64,000 nucleotides of DNA from NCBI GenBank assembly GCA_963837345.1, contig CAWIMX010000001.1, forward strand, positions 2,500,211-2,564,210, written 5' to 3'. This DNA comes from an uncultured Acidobacteriota bacterium. Lineage in GTDB: Bacteria > Acidobacteriota > Vicinamibacteria > Vicinamibacterales > CAVVIG01. The notes under the pieces are model-generated. The model was given only the letters and a program-made list of their open reading frames with translations. It was not told the origin of the DNA and did no database searches. Every line of letters begins with the position of its first letter. Within the stretch, counting starts at the first letter, position 1. Positions 1 to 9,372 of the stretch are shown here, one piece after another. The translations under genes were made by a program, and so were the position numbers.

Positions 1-4
1 CAGT

Positions 5-658
5 GTGACCTTTCCGATCGTCGTCCTCGCCGTTCTCTGGTACCTCGGCATCGCGGGCGCGCAGGGCCAGCCCCGCGTCGTGAAGCTCCCCCCGACCTGG
101 GTACCCTTCTCGTCCGACGTCGTGACCACACAGCCAGGCTATCCGCCCAGCGAGGGTCGCTTCTACCGCGGCTCGGACGGCTCAGAGCGCCTGGAGATCG
201 CGTCGGGACCGGTCATCTATGCGCAGATCAAGAACATCGGCCAGCGGACGTTCTACCATCTGAAGGGCGGCGCAGACCACTGGACCGCTCAGCCGATGAT
301 GTTGCCGCCTGAAGGGTGGCTCCCTCTTCCTGAGATCGCTGAGAGTGCACAGACAGGACGCCAGCCTGAACGGGTCGAAGGCATGACGGCCTATCGTCAA
401 AACCGTCTTCACGGTTGGTGGGTCGTAGCCATCCCCGACCTGAACTTTTTCGATGTCGAATCACACTTCGGGGACGGCAAGACGGCCCGGCACTTCAACA
501 TCACGATTGGCGAACCGGATCCGTCGCTCTTTGTGCCGCCTCCTGGTGTAAAGATCGTCCAGATCACCGAGCCGGGCGGGATTGTCTTTACACCCGACCC
601 CGTTCCCGTGGATGAGCAGATCGACCAGTACAAGAAGCGTCATCCGGAGCAGCGGTAG
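5..658 (+). CDS. hypothetical exported protein
   Basis: 217-aa ORF with GTG start at the window edge. The hydrophobic N-terminus MTFPIVVLAVLWYLGIAGAQG resembles a signal peptide. No family recognised. Confidence 0.45.
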   Translation: MTFPIVVLAVLWYLGIAGAQGQPRVVKLPPTWVPFSSDVVTTQPGYPPSEGRFYRGSDGSERLEIASGPVIYAQIKNIGQRTFYHLKGGADHWTAQPMMLPPEGWLPLPEIAESAQTGRQPERVEGMTAYRQNRLHGWWVVAIPDLNFFDVESHFGDGKTARHFNITIGEPDPSLFVPPPGVKIVQITEPGGIVFTPDPVPVDEQIDQYKKRHPEQR

Positions 659-693
659 CACTCGGGCAGAAGTCGGCGCGATCGGCGTGAGCA

Positions 694-784
694 GACAAAC
701 CGCGCGGCCGGCTTCCTCCGCGAGCGGTCATCCCTGACCCGAGCGCCATGGCAGAGACCAAAGGCGCCGGCCGCGCGGTTTGTC
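694..784. repeat. perfect 19-bp inverted repeat with 53-nt spacer between convergent genes
   Basis: GACAAACCGCGCGGCCGGC (694-712) is the exact reverse complement of GCCGGCCGCGCGGTTTGTC (766-784). Confidence 0.85.
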
Positions 785-877
785 GCGCCGAGCTTCGTGT
801 GTGCGGGCCCGAGGGGCCGGACTGCTGCTGTTTCACCACGTGACAACCGCTCGTACGGCGTTCGTCTCTGCCGCCCG

Positions 878-1171
878 TTACCCGAACGTGCCCAGGCCGC
901 GCGTCAGGTAGTCGGCGAGCGTGAAGGCGAAAAGCAGGCCCAGCCAGAACAGCCCGGCCATCGCGACGGTCTTCGTCAGCGGATCGGCCTCGCGCATGTG
1001 CATGAAGAGCAGCGCCACCAGCGTGGCCTTGAACCCGGCGATCACCAGCGCCGCCACCACGTTGAACGCGCCCAGGTCGACGTACGCCACCTGCACCGTG
1101 AGATAGGTGCAGAACAGCAGCAGTCCGCACGTCACGTAGTACACGCGCCTGGACGAAACGTGTGCCGCCAT
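878..1171 (-). CDS. cytochrome c oxidase subunit IV family small membrane protein
   Basis: 97 aa (MAAHVSSRRVYYVTCGLLLFCTYLTV...), strongly hydrophobic. Its ATG overlaps the TGA of the subunit III gene (ATGA at 1171). The position after subunits I-III is typical of caa3 operons. Confidence 0.65.
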   Translation of the reverse strand: MAAHVSSRRVYYVTCGLLLFCTYLTVQVAYVDLGAFNVVAALVIAGFKATLVALLFMHMREADPLTKTVAMAGLFWLGLLFAFTLADYLTRGLGTFG

Positions 1172-1828
1172 CAGCCCGCCCGCAGGGAGACGAGATACAA
1201 CATCGGAAACAGAAAGATCCAGACGATATCCACGAAGTGCCAATACAGTCCGGCCACCTCGACTGGATTGTGGTATTCGACCGTGAAGTGCCCGAGCAGC
1301 GCGCGCACCCACATCACCGCCATGATGCCGATCCCGATGATCATGTGGGCCGCGTGCAGGCCGGTCATCGCGAAGTAGAGCGAGAAGAAGATCTGCGCCC
1401 CCTCGAACTGCGCGGCCGCGAACTCGAAGCCGGGGCCCGGCACGTGATGCTCCAGATACTCGCTGTAGGTACTCGAACGCCTTGACGCCGAGAAACGCGG
1501 TCCCCAGCGCCATCGTCAGCGCCAGGCACACGAGCTGCCCGGTCCGGCTGCCCAGGGCGGCCGCCCTCACCGCCAGCGCCATCGTCAGGCTGCTCGTGAT
1601 GAGGATCGCCGTGTTCGCCGTGCCGGCGACGACGAAGAGCTCGTGGCTGGCGGCGGCGAATGCGTCCGGGTACCAGTAGCGATAGACCGTGTAGGTGGCG
1701 AACAACCCGCCGAAGAAGAGGAGCTCCGTCACCAGGAACACCCACATCCCGAGCAGCGACACGTCCCGCTGCTGGGCGAGCGAGTCGAACTGATGGGCGA
1801 GCGGCGCCGCGGGAATCATCTCAGGCAA
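1171..1828 (-). pseudogene. ctaE: cytochrome c oxidase subunit III, frame broken by a 13-nt imperfect tandem duplication (or assembly error)
   Basis: About 118 N-terminal codons (...LGTAFLGVKAFEYLQ) lie in the frame starting at 1828. The C-terminus (HHVPGPGFEF...GLHAAHMIIGIG...HFVDIVWIFLFPMLYL) is ORF 1171..1443 in another frame. The junction is the repeat at 1449-1474. Confidence 0.8.
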
Positions 1829-3461
1829 GAGGCTGCACCTCCGGCACCGCCGAGGGGGCGGGATAGCGGTAGGGCTCGCCGATCACGACCGGCGGCTCCA
1901 CGAAATTGTCGGTGGGCGGCGGCGAGGTCGTCGTCCACTCGAGCCCGGCCGCCTGCCAGGGATTGGCGCCGGCCACCGGCCCGTACCGCAGCGACCAGAT
2001 CAGGTACGCCATGGGAATCAGGTATCCCACGCCGAGAATCGACGCGCCCGCCGACGAGAGCACGTTCAGCACCTGGAACTCCGGCGGGTAGGCGTGATAG
2101 CGCCGCGGCATGCCCAGGTATCCGAGGATGAACTGCGGAAAGAAGGTCAGGTTGAAGCCGAGGAAGATCGTCAGGGCGGCCAGCTTGGCGAGCATCTCGT
2201 TGTACAGGCGTCCGCTGATCTTCGGCCACCAGTAATGCAGGCCGCCCAGGAAGCCCATGATCGTGCCACCGACCATGATGTAGTGGAAATGGGCCACGAC
2301 GAAGTACGTGTCGGTGACGTGCACGTCCACGCCGATGGCGGCCAGGAAGAGACCCGTCAGCCCCCCGATCGTGAAGAGGCCGATGAAGCCGATCGCGTAC
2401 AGCATCGGCGTGTCCCACGAGATCGCGCCCTTGTACATCGTCGCCGTCCAGTTGAAGACCTTCACGGCCGACGGAATCGCGACGAGATAGCTGAGCACCG
2501 AGAACATCAGGGCCGCGTACACCGATTCGCTCGATACGAACATGTGGTGCCCCCACACGAGGAAGCCGAGCACGGCGATCGAGACGCTGGCGAACGCCAC
2601 GAACATGTAGCCGAAGATCGGCTTGCGGCAGAACGCGGCCACCAGCTCGCTCACGACGCCCATGGCCGGCAGGACCATGATGTAGACGGCAGGATGCGAA
2701 TAGAACCAGAAGAGGTGCTGGAACAGGACCGGATCGCCGCCGAGCGCCGGATCGAAGAATCCGAAGTGAAAGATTCGTTCGAGACCGACGAGCAGCAGCA
2801 CGATCGCCAGAATCGGCGTGCCCAGCACCATGATGAGCGACGTCGAGTACATCGACCACAGGAACAGCGGCATCCGGAACCACGTCATGCCGGGCGCCCG
2901 CATCCGGTGAATCGTGACGATGAAGTTGAGACCCGTGAGAATCGACGAGAAGCCCGTGATGAAGATGCCGAGCACGGTCGGGACGACCTGGGTCGTGGAC
3001 GACACGGTGCTGAAGGGCGTGTAGAAGGTCCACCCGGTATCGACGCCGCCCGTGAAGAGGGCGTACAGCGTGAACAGGCCGCCGAGCATGAAGATGTACC
3101 AGCTCGCCAGATTCAGCTTGGGAAACGCGAGATCCTTGGCGCCGATCATGATCGGCACCAGAAAATTGCCGAGCACGGTCGGGATCGCCGGAATCAGGAA
3201 GAAGAAGATCATCACGATGCCGTGCATCGTGAAGAGCTTGTTGTAAGTCTCGTCCGTCACCAGATCGCCGGCCGGCGTGGCGAGCTCCAGGCGAATCAGC
3301 ACCGCGAACGCGCCGCCGACGAAGAAGAAGAACGTGACCGCGGCGAGGTAGAGCAGCGCGATGCGCTTGTGGTCGCGCGTCAGGAGCCACGACCACACCC
3401 CGTAGCGCTGGTTCAGATAGTGGCGGGGCGGGAAGATCGGGCGAGCCTCGTCGGCGATCAT
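1821..3461 (-). CDS. ctaD: cytochrome c oxidase subunit I (heme-copper oxidase)
   Basis: 546 aa polytopic protein with [28 protein letters not shown] and [12 protein letters not shown] motifs. It overlaps the neighbouring genes by a few nt. Confidence 0.95.
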   Translation of the reverse strand: MIADEARPIFPPRHYLNQRYGVWSWLLTRDHKRIALLYLAAVTFFFFVGGAFAVLIRLELATPAGDLVTDETYNKLFTMHGIVMIFFFLIPAIPTVLGNFLVPIMIGAKDLAFPKLNLASWYIFMLGGLFTLYALFTGGVDTGWTFYTPFSTVSSTTQVVPTVLGIFITGFSSILTGLNFIVTIHRMRAPGMTWFRMPLFLWSMYSTSLIMVLGTPILAIVLLLVGLERIFHFGFFDPALGGDPVLFQHLFWFYSHPAVYIMVLPAMGVVSELVAAFCRKPIFGYMFVAFASVSIAVLGFLVWGHHMFVSSESVYAALMFSVLSYLVAIPSAVKVFNWTATMYKGAISWDTPMLYAIGFIGLFTIGGLTGLFLAAIGVDVHVTDTYFVVAHFHYIMVGGTIMGFLGGLHYWWPKISGRLYNEMLAKLAALTIFLGFNLTFFPQFILGYLGMPRRYHAYPPEFQVLNVLSSAGASILGVGYLIPMAYLIWSLRYGPVAGANPWQAAGLEWTTTSPPPTDNFVEPPVVIGEPYRYPAPSAVPEVQPLA

Positions 3462-4405
3462 GGAGTGACCTCGTTCCGGCCCGGCAGCGACTTGATGTAC
3501 TCGATCAGCTCGAGCAGCTGATCCTCGGTGACCAGTCCCTGAAACGCGGGCATGATCGGCTGGAAGCCTGCCACCACCTGGTCCGCGGGCCGCAGGATCG
3601 AATTGCGGATATAGGCTTCATCGGCCGGCACCCGGGCGCCGCTCTGCAGCAGCACCTCGGAGCCGAAGAGCGACGTCAGATCGGGGCCGCGTCCCTGCGA
3701 GCCGAACTGGTGGCACGTGTTGCACTCGAGGCTGCCGAACAGCTGCGCGCCACCGGCGGCGAGCGATCCCTCTGCCGCCCCGCCGGTCAGCCAGCGCTGA
3801 TAGTCGGCGTCTTCCATCACCACCACGTCTCCGCGCATGTGGGAATGCTCGGTGCCGCAATACTCGGCGCAGAAGAGGTAGTAGCGGCCCGGGGTGGTCG
3901 CCTGGAACCAGAGATGCGTGTAGCGGCCGGGCACGACGTCGGCCTTCAGGCGGAACGCCGGCACGAAGAGCGAATGAATCACGTCCTCCGACGTCATGAT
4001 GAGCTTGACCGGCCGATTCACGGGCACGTGCAGCTCGTCGATCTCGCGTTGCCCGTCGAGGTGCTGGAATTTCCACATCCACTGCTTGCCGACCACGTAG
4101 ATGTCGATCGTGTCGGCCGGCGGTCGCGACATCGCGACGAACACGCGCGCGCTCCACACGAAGATCACCATGGTGATGATCAGGGGAATGACGCTCCACG
4201 TCACCTCGAGCGTCAGGCTGCCGCGGATGTCGGCGCCAATCTCTTCCGGGTGGCGGCGATGATAGCGGACCGCGTAGTACACGATCAGACCGGCGATGAG
4301 CGCGGCGAAGAAGATCGACAGGCCGACCAGGAACAGGTACAGGTGATCCACGCGGCTCGCCATGGTCGACGCTTCCTGCGGAAACAGCGGCGTCGGAAAC
4401 CTCAT
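3458..4405 (-). CDS. ctaC: cytochrome c oxidase subunit II with fused C-terminal cytochrome c domain (caa3 type)
   Basis: Start MRFPTPLF at 4405 (internal to track ORF 3458..4993). Two N-terminal TM helices, CuA motif [12 protein letters not shown] and heme-c motif CNTCH near the C-terminus. Confidence 0.9.
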   Translation of the reverse strand: MRFPTPLFPQEASTMASRVDHLYLFLVGLSIFFAALIAGLIVYYAVRYHRRHPEEIGADIRGSLTLEVTWSVIPLIITMVIFVWSARVFVAMSRPPADTIDIYVVGKQWMWKFQHLDGQREIDELHVPVNRPVKLIMTSEDVIHSLFVPAFRLKADVVPGRYTHLWFQATTPGRYYLFCAEYCGTEHSHMRGDVVVMEDADYQRWLTGGAAEGSLAAGGAQLFGSLECNTCHQFGSQGRGPDLTSLFGSEVLLQSGARVPADEAYIRNSILRPADQVVAGFQPIMPAFQGLVTEDQLLELIEYIKSLPGRNEVTP

Positions 4406-5265
4406 CAGCCGCGAGGCTCCTTGCCGTCGTGCCTCCGCTCGCGCCGCACCATGACGACGATGAACCCGCCGAGCAGCAGCACGGTGGCTGCGCCCGCCAC
4501 GCGCAGGGCCCCGATCACGGCGAGCGTGTAGCGCCCGCTGGCCGGGTTGTAGTGGTAGCAGTAGAGCAGCAGCGAGTCGACCGGCGATCCGACGGTGCCT
4601 TCCGACGCATCCACGAGCGCCAGGCGCAGGTCGCGCGGCCCGTAGTCGATGCCGAAGAGGTACCGGGCAAACCGGCCGTCGGGCGTGAGCACCATGATGC
4701 CCGTCGGGTGCGCGAACTGTCCGGTGTCCCCGTCCCACACGTAACGGAAACCCGCCGCCCGGGTCAGCCGATCGATGGACGCCTGTCGGCCGGTCAGGAA
4801 ATGCCAGCCTTCCGCCGCGCCGGCGCGCTGATAGCGCTCGAGGGCGTCGGCCTTCGCCGCGCGGGCGTCGGCCGGCCCTTCGCGCGGATCGAAGCTGACG
4901 GTCAGAATCTCGAAATCGCGGGCAGGCTCGAGCGACAGCGCTTTGAAGGTGCCCGCCGCCGCGTGAATGACCTGCGAGCACAGCATCGTGCACTTGTAGT
5001 ACACGAGCATCAGGACGATGGGCCGTGAGCCCACGTAGTCGCCGAGGTGGACGAGGCGGCCCGACTCGTCGCGGAACTCGGCGTCGAGCGGGATCGGCTG
5101 GCCGAGGTGCTGGTCGAACGCCACGTCCCGGAGCTGAGCGGGCGTCACCGACGCGGGTAGCCCTTGCGAGGGCGCCATCTGGGCCGCGGCGGGCGCAGCA
5201 ACGACGAGCGCCGAGACAATCGCCGCCAGCGCGGCCCCCCCGGCCGAACGCGATCTACTGAACAT
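4405..5265 (-). CDS. SCO1/SenC family copper chaperone
   Basis: 286 aa with signal-like N-terminus, thioredoxin-fold CxxxC (YYKCTMLC) and a C-terminal TM segment. Its TGA shares one base with the ctaC ATG. Confidence 0.85.
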   Translation of the reverse strand: MFSRSRSAGGAALAAIVSALVVAAPAAAQMAPSQGLPASVTPAQLRDVAFDQHLGQPIPLDAEFRDESGRLVHLGDYVGSRPIVLMLVYYKCTMLCSQVIHAAAGTFKALSLEPARDFEILTVSFDPREGPADARAAKADALERYQRAGAAEGWHFLTGRQASIDRLTRAAGFRYVWDGDTGQFAHPTGIMVLTPDGRFARYLFGIDYGPRDLRLALVDASEGTVGSPVDSLLLYCYHYNPASGRYTLAVIGALRVAGAATVLLLGGFIVVMVRRERRHDGKEPRG

Positions 5266-5659
5266 TCTGAACCTCGCTTTCCTCGCGCGCCGGCAGGCCG
5301 CGTTCGACCGTCAGCGCCATCGCGCGATCAATCGGAATCCGCACGACACCGGCGGCGCGATCCACCCAGCCGTAGGTGTCGAGCAGCGCCTCCTCCTCGG
5401 CGCGCAGCGCCTGCAGGTCGGCCCGCGGATTGGTCTGGAGGCGCGGTTCTGGCGGCTGAAGCGGTCGCTCGGCGGCCAGCGGGTACTCGGACGGGACGGC
5501 GGCCGGCTCGACATGGCGCAGGTAGGCGTAGAGACCCCACACGATCAGGCCGAGCGCCACGAGGATCACGCCGAGCCCTGCGCCAAAGAGCCGCACCCCG
5601 CGCACGTTCACGTCGCGCGTGTCGTGGGCGACGCCGCTTTCCGCGTTCGCCGCCGTCAT
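5255..5659 (-). CDS. small single-TM protein, tentatively ActG-like subunit of alternative complex III
   Basis: 134 aa from MTAANAESG (internal start in track ORF 5255..6760). One TM helix (LFGAGLGVILVALGLIVWGLYAY). ATGA overlap with actF. The assignment rests on position only. Confidence 0.5.
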   Translation of the reverse strand: MTAANAESGVAHDTRDVNVRGVRLFGAGLGVILVALGLIVWGLYAYLRHVEPAAVPSEYPLAAERPLQPPEPRLQTNPRADLQALRAEEEALLDTYGWVDRAAGVVRIPIDRAMALTVERGLPAREESEVQNVQ

Positions 5660-6882
5660 GGCCCCGACTCCGCCGCGCCCTCGGGCAGGCCATCGAGGGC
5701 CTCCTCGAACTCCGGATCGTGGACGGGCAGAATCGCCCGCCCGCGCAGCTGCCGCACGAACAGTCCCAGCCAGAACGCGCCCAGCGAGCCCGGCAGGACG
5801 AGATCGAGCCAGCTCACGTGAACACCGGCCGTGTGAAAGTCGGGCGCGATCAGCCAGTAGAGATCGACGAGGCGCATGACCAGCACGCCGGCGGCGAGGG
5901 CGGCCAGCGCCCGAGCCGTCCGCTTCACGTGGCGCGAGAGGAGCATCGCGAACGGCACCGCGAAGTGGAACAGGATCAGGATCACGCCCACGGCGATCCA
6001 CCCGCGTTCGAGCCGGACCCGGTAATAGGAGATTTCCTCGGGCAGGTTGCCGGACCAGATGATGAGCCATTGCGAAAAGGCGAAGTAGGCCCACAGCATC
6101 ACGAACGCGAGCATGAGCTTGCCCAGATCCTGGAAGCGGTCGGGCGTGGCGGCCGCGTCCATGGGCGGGCGCCGGGCGAGCCACGCGAGCGCGAGAATCA
6201 GGAAGGCGAACGCCGACAGGCCCTGGCCGCCGAGGACGAGCACGCCGAAGATGGTCGAGAACCAGTGCGGTTCGATCGACATGAGCCAGTCGAAGGAGGC
6301 GAAGCTGATGGTCAGGACGTAGAGCACGAGGCCCGCGCCGCTCAACCGTTGCATCCTGAGCGACAACCCGGGATCGCCCGTGCGGTCCTGCCGGAGCGAC
6401 CACGCGTTCAGGAGGAGCGAGACGGCGTTCCACGTGAGGAAGTAGAGAACGGCCCGCCCGAGAAAGAACGGCACGTTCAGATACGGTTGCTTCTGGACCA
6501 GCACCGGATCGGCGGCGACCACCGCGCCGTCGGTCCAGACGTAGAGCTGATGGAGGCCGAGGGCGATCGGCACGAACAGCAGCGTCATGATCGGCAGCGT
6601 CCGTGAGGCCGCGCCCATCGACCGCCGGATCACGACGCCCCACGCGCCGCCCGACAGCTGATGCACCATGGCGAGCGCGAGGCTGCCGAGGGTGATCCCG
6701 AGCAGCCAGAGGTAGGCCATCAGGTACGACTGGAAGAACTGGCGTGGCTCGACGAGCCACCCGAGCGCCGAGGCGACCGCCAGGCTGGCTCCGCCGGCCA
6801 CGAGCAGGCGGCGCTCGTGGTGCGCGAGCTCCGGCATGAGCTCGCCGGCCGGTCGCATGACGGGTCGTGTCGCGGCGGACAT
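5656..6882 (-). CDS. actF: alternative complex III subunit ActF (NrfD-like membrane protein)
   Basis: 408 aa polytopic membrane protein located after actE. The hydrophobic profile and operon position match ActF. Confidence 0.8.
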   Translation of the reverse strand: MSAATRPVMRPAGELMPELAHHERRLLVAGGASLAVASALGWLVEPRQFFQSYLMAYLWLLGITLGSLALAMVHQLSGGAWGVVIRRSMGAASRTLPIMTLLFVPIALGLHQLYVWTDGAVVAADPVLVQKQPYLNVPFFLGRAVLYFLTWNAVSLLLNAWSLRQDRTGDPGLSLRMQRLSGAGLVLYVLTISFASFDWLMSIEPHWFSTIFGVLVLGGQGLSAFAFLILALAWLARRPPMDAAATPDRFQDLGKLMLAFVMLWAYFAFSQWLIIWSGNLPEEISYYRVRLERGWIAVGVILILFHFAVPFAMLLSRHVKRTARALAALAAGVLVMRLVDLYWLIAPDFHTAGVHVSWLDLVLPGSLGAFWLGLFVRQLRGRAILPVHDPEFEEALDGLPEGAAESGP

Positions 6883-6891
6883 CTCAATTCC

Positions 6892-7476
6892 CTACGGTGT
6901 CAACGCGCCGCGCCCCTCGTCGGGCACGTCGGCGAGCGTGGCGTGCTCGCTCAGCTGGAGCGCGCGGACGTACGCGGCGATCGCCCACCGGTCGCGCGCG
7001 GGCACCTGCGAGGCGTACGACGGCATGGCGCCGAAGCCGTTGGTCATCACGTCGAAAAAGTGGCCAATCGCCACGGCGCGGAGCCGATCGCTGTGAAAGG
7101 TCGGCGGCGGACGGAATCCCCGGCGCACCACCATGCCGTCGCCCCGTCCGGTGCGGCCGTGGCACGGCGAACAGAAGATGTCGAAGCGCTCGCGGCCGCG
7201 CGCCATCACGTCGGCCGTCACCGGGAACGGGAACACCGTGGCATCCTCCCCGTTCACCCGGCCGGTGTAGAGCAGCGTGTCCGCCCGGAGCTGGCCGCGC
7301 GGCACCGTTCCGGCGACGAGCGGGCGCGACGCCCGGCCGTCGGCGAAGAAGTTCGACGCGCTGAGGGGCCGGTAGCGCGGCTGGTCATGCATGTCCTGAC
7401 GGCAGCCGGCCAGTGCGCCGCCCAGACAGACGACGAGCGCCAGCGACGATCCCGTGCGGACGACGGCGCCCGTCAT
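6892..7476 (-). CDS. actE: alternative complex III subunit ActE (monoheme cytochrome c lipoprotein)
   Basis: 194 aa from MTGAVVRTG. Lipobox LAGC and a single heme motif CSPCH. Start-stop overlap with actD. Confidence 0.85.
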   Translation of the reverse strand: MTGAVVRTGSSLALVVCLGGALAGCRQDMHDQPRYRPLSASNFFADGRASRPLVAGTVPRGQLRADTLLYTGRVNGEDATVFPFPVTADVMARGRERFDIFCSPCHGRTGRGDGMVVRRGFRPPPTFHSDRLRAVAIGHFFDVMTNGFGAMPSYASQVPARDRWAIAAYVRALQLSEHATLADVPDEGRGALTP

Positions 7477-8016
7477 TCGTCCACCACAATCGAAACCTCG
7501 CGCGGCTCGAGCGTCTCGAGGAACTCTCGCGTCGAGTCGGCGTCGAACCGGAGATCGCGCGCCTCGATGCAGAGGAAGAACTGGTTGCGGCTCGCGAGCG
7601 CGAACCGCGGCACGTTGAACACGGCGTGGTGCGGGCACGGCAGCCCGTTCAGCGCGAGCATGCCCAGCAGTGCGGCGAGCGCCGCGCCGAGCACCGTGCA
7701 CTCGAACGTCGGGGGAATGAACGCCGGCCAGCTGTTGAGCGGGCGGCCGCCGACGTTGATGGGATACGCGATCGCCGACACCCAGTACCTGCAGGGCGTA
7801 GCCGGCGCTCCCGCCGAAGATGCCGCCGAGAAGCACCACGAGCGGGAGGATTGTCCGCGGCGCGCCCAGCGCCTCGTGCAGGCCTTCGATCGGAAACGGC
7901 GAATAGGCGTCCATTGCGCGGTAGCCGGCCTCGCGCGCGCGCCGGGCCGCCTCGAGGAGGCGCCCCGGGTCGTCGAACTCGGCCATCACGCCGTAGAGAC
8001 GAGTGCCGTCGCTCAT
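7473..8016 (-). pseudogene. actD: alternative complex III subunit ActD, reading frame broken by one extra base (or assembly error)
   Basis: N-terminus [18 protein letters not shown]...GGSAGYALQ is in one frame and [29 protein letters not shown]... (ORF 7473..7781) is in another. The gene is 544 nt, which is 181 codons plus 1 nt. Minus strand reads ctg cag g tac tgg near 7788. Confidence 0.8.
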
Positions 8017-9371
8017 TCGCCGGCCTCCTCGGCATGCGACCCCGGCAGCAGCCCCCGCATCTCGAAGATCGAGATCATCGGCAGGAACCGCAGGAAGAGA
8101 AACAGCAGGGCGACGAACAGCCCGATCGTGCCGGCCAGCGTGGCGAAGTCCCAGAACGTCGGGTTGAACATGCCCCACGACGACGGCAGGTAGTCGCGGT
8201 GGAGGCTGGTGATCACGATCATGTAGCGCTCGAGCCACATGCCGAGGTTGACGATCAGGGAGATCACGAACAGCATGCGCACGCTGGCGCGCACGCGCGC
8301 GAACCACAGCACCTGCGGGATCACGACATTGCAGGCGATGAGCGTCCAGTACACGCCGGCGTACGGGCCGGTCATCCGGTTCCACATCATGAAGCCCTCG
8401 AACCGGTTGGCGCCGTACCACGACATGAACGCCTCGATCACGTAGCCGTAGCCCACCATCAGACCGGTGGCGAGCAGGATCTTCGCCATGTTGTCGAGGT
8501 GGCGCGCCGTGACGAAGTCCTCGAGGTGGTAGGCCGCGCGGATCGGGATGGCGAGCGTCAGCACCATCGCGAAGCCCGAGTAGATGGCCCCCGCCACGAA
8601 GTACGGCGGGAAGATCGTCGAGTGCCAGCCGGGCAGGATCGAGATCGCGAAATCGAAGCTCACCACGGTGTGGACCGAAATGACCAGCGGCGTCGCCAGG
8701 CCGGCGAGCAGCAGGTACGCGATCTCGTAGCGATGCCAGTGCCGCGCGGATCCGCGCCAGCCCATCGCCAGAATGCCGTAGACGATCCGGCCGGCGCGCG
8801 ACGGCGAGCGGTCGCGCAGCGTCGCCAGATCGGGCACGAGGCCGACGTACCAGAACACGAGCGACACCGTCCCGTACGTGCTGACCGCGAAGACGTCCCA
8901 GATGAGCGGGCTCCGGAACTGCGGCCAGAGCGTCATGGTGTTCGGATACGGGAAGAGCCAGTACGCGAGCCAGGGGCGCCCCAGATGGAGCACCGGGAAA
9001 AGGGCCGCGCACGCGACCGCGAAGAGCGTCATCGCCTCGGCGAACCGGTTGATCGAGGTGCGCCATTCCTGCTTGAGGAGCAGGAGGATCGCCGAGATCA
9101 GCGTGCCGGCATGGCCGATCCCGATCCACCACACGAAGTTCACGATCGCGAAGCCCCAGGCGACCGGAATGTCCACGCCCCAGATCCCGACGCCGGTCAG
9201 GAACAGGTACGTGATCGACACCATCAGCACATTGACCAGCAGGAACGCCAGCAGGAAGCCGATCCACCAGCCCCGGCTGGTCTGGCGAGTCAGGACGATC
9301 GCACTGATCTTGTCGGTGATCGATCCGAAGGTATGGCCCGGGGCGATGACGGGAACGGGCGCGTCGGGCAC
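8013..9371 (-). CDS. actC: alternative complex III subunit ActC (NrfD/PsrC-like quinol-interacting membrane subunit)
   Basis: 452 aa, GTG start, polytopic ([38 protein letters not shown]). ATGA overlap with actD. Confidence 0.9.
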   Translation of the reverse strand: MPDAPVPVIAPGHTFGSITDKISAIVLTRQTSRGWWIGFLLAFLLVNVLMVSITYLFLTGVGIWGVDIPVAWGFAIVNFVWWIGIGHAGTLISAILLLLKQEWRTSINRFAEAMTLFAVACAALFPVLHLGRPWLAYWLFPYPNTMTLWPQFRSPLIWDVFAVSTYGTVSLVFWYVGLVPDLATLRDRSPSRAGRIVYGILAMGWRGSARHWHRYEIAYLLLAGLATPLVISVHTVVSFDFAISILPGWHSTIFPPYFVAGAIYSGFAMVLTLAIPIRAAYHLEDFVTARHLDNMAKILLATGLMVGYGYVIEAFMSWYGANRFEGFMMWNRMTGPYAGVYWTLIACNVVIPQVLWFARVRASVRMLFVISLIVNLGMWLERYMIVITSLHRDYLPSSWGMFNPTFWDFATLAGTIGLFVALLFLFLRFLPMISIFEMRGLLPGSHAEEAGE

Positions 9372-9372
9372 G

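Noticed and set aside
3711-3725. TGGCACGTGTTGCA, a sigma-54-like motif
   Set aside because: The GG-to-GC spacing is 8 nt where 10 is required, and the motif lies inside the ctaC coding sequence. A similar mis-spaced TGGCAC at about 9548 inside actB was also discarded.
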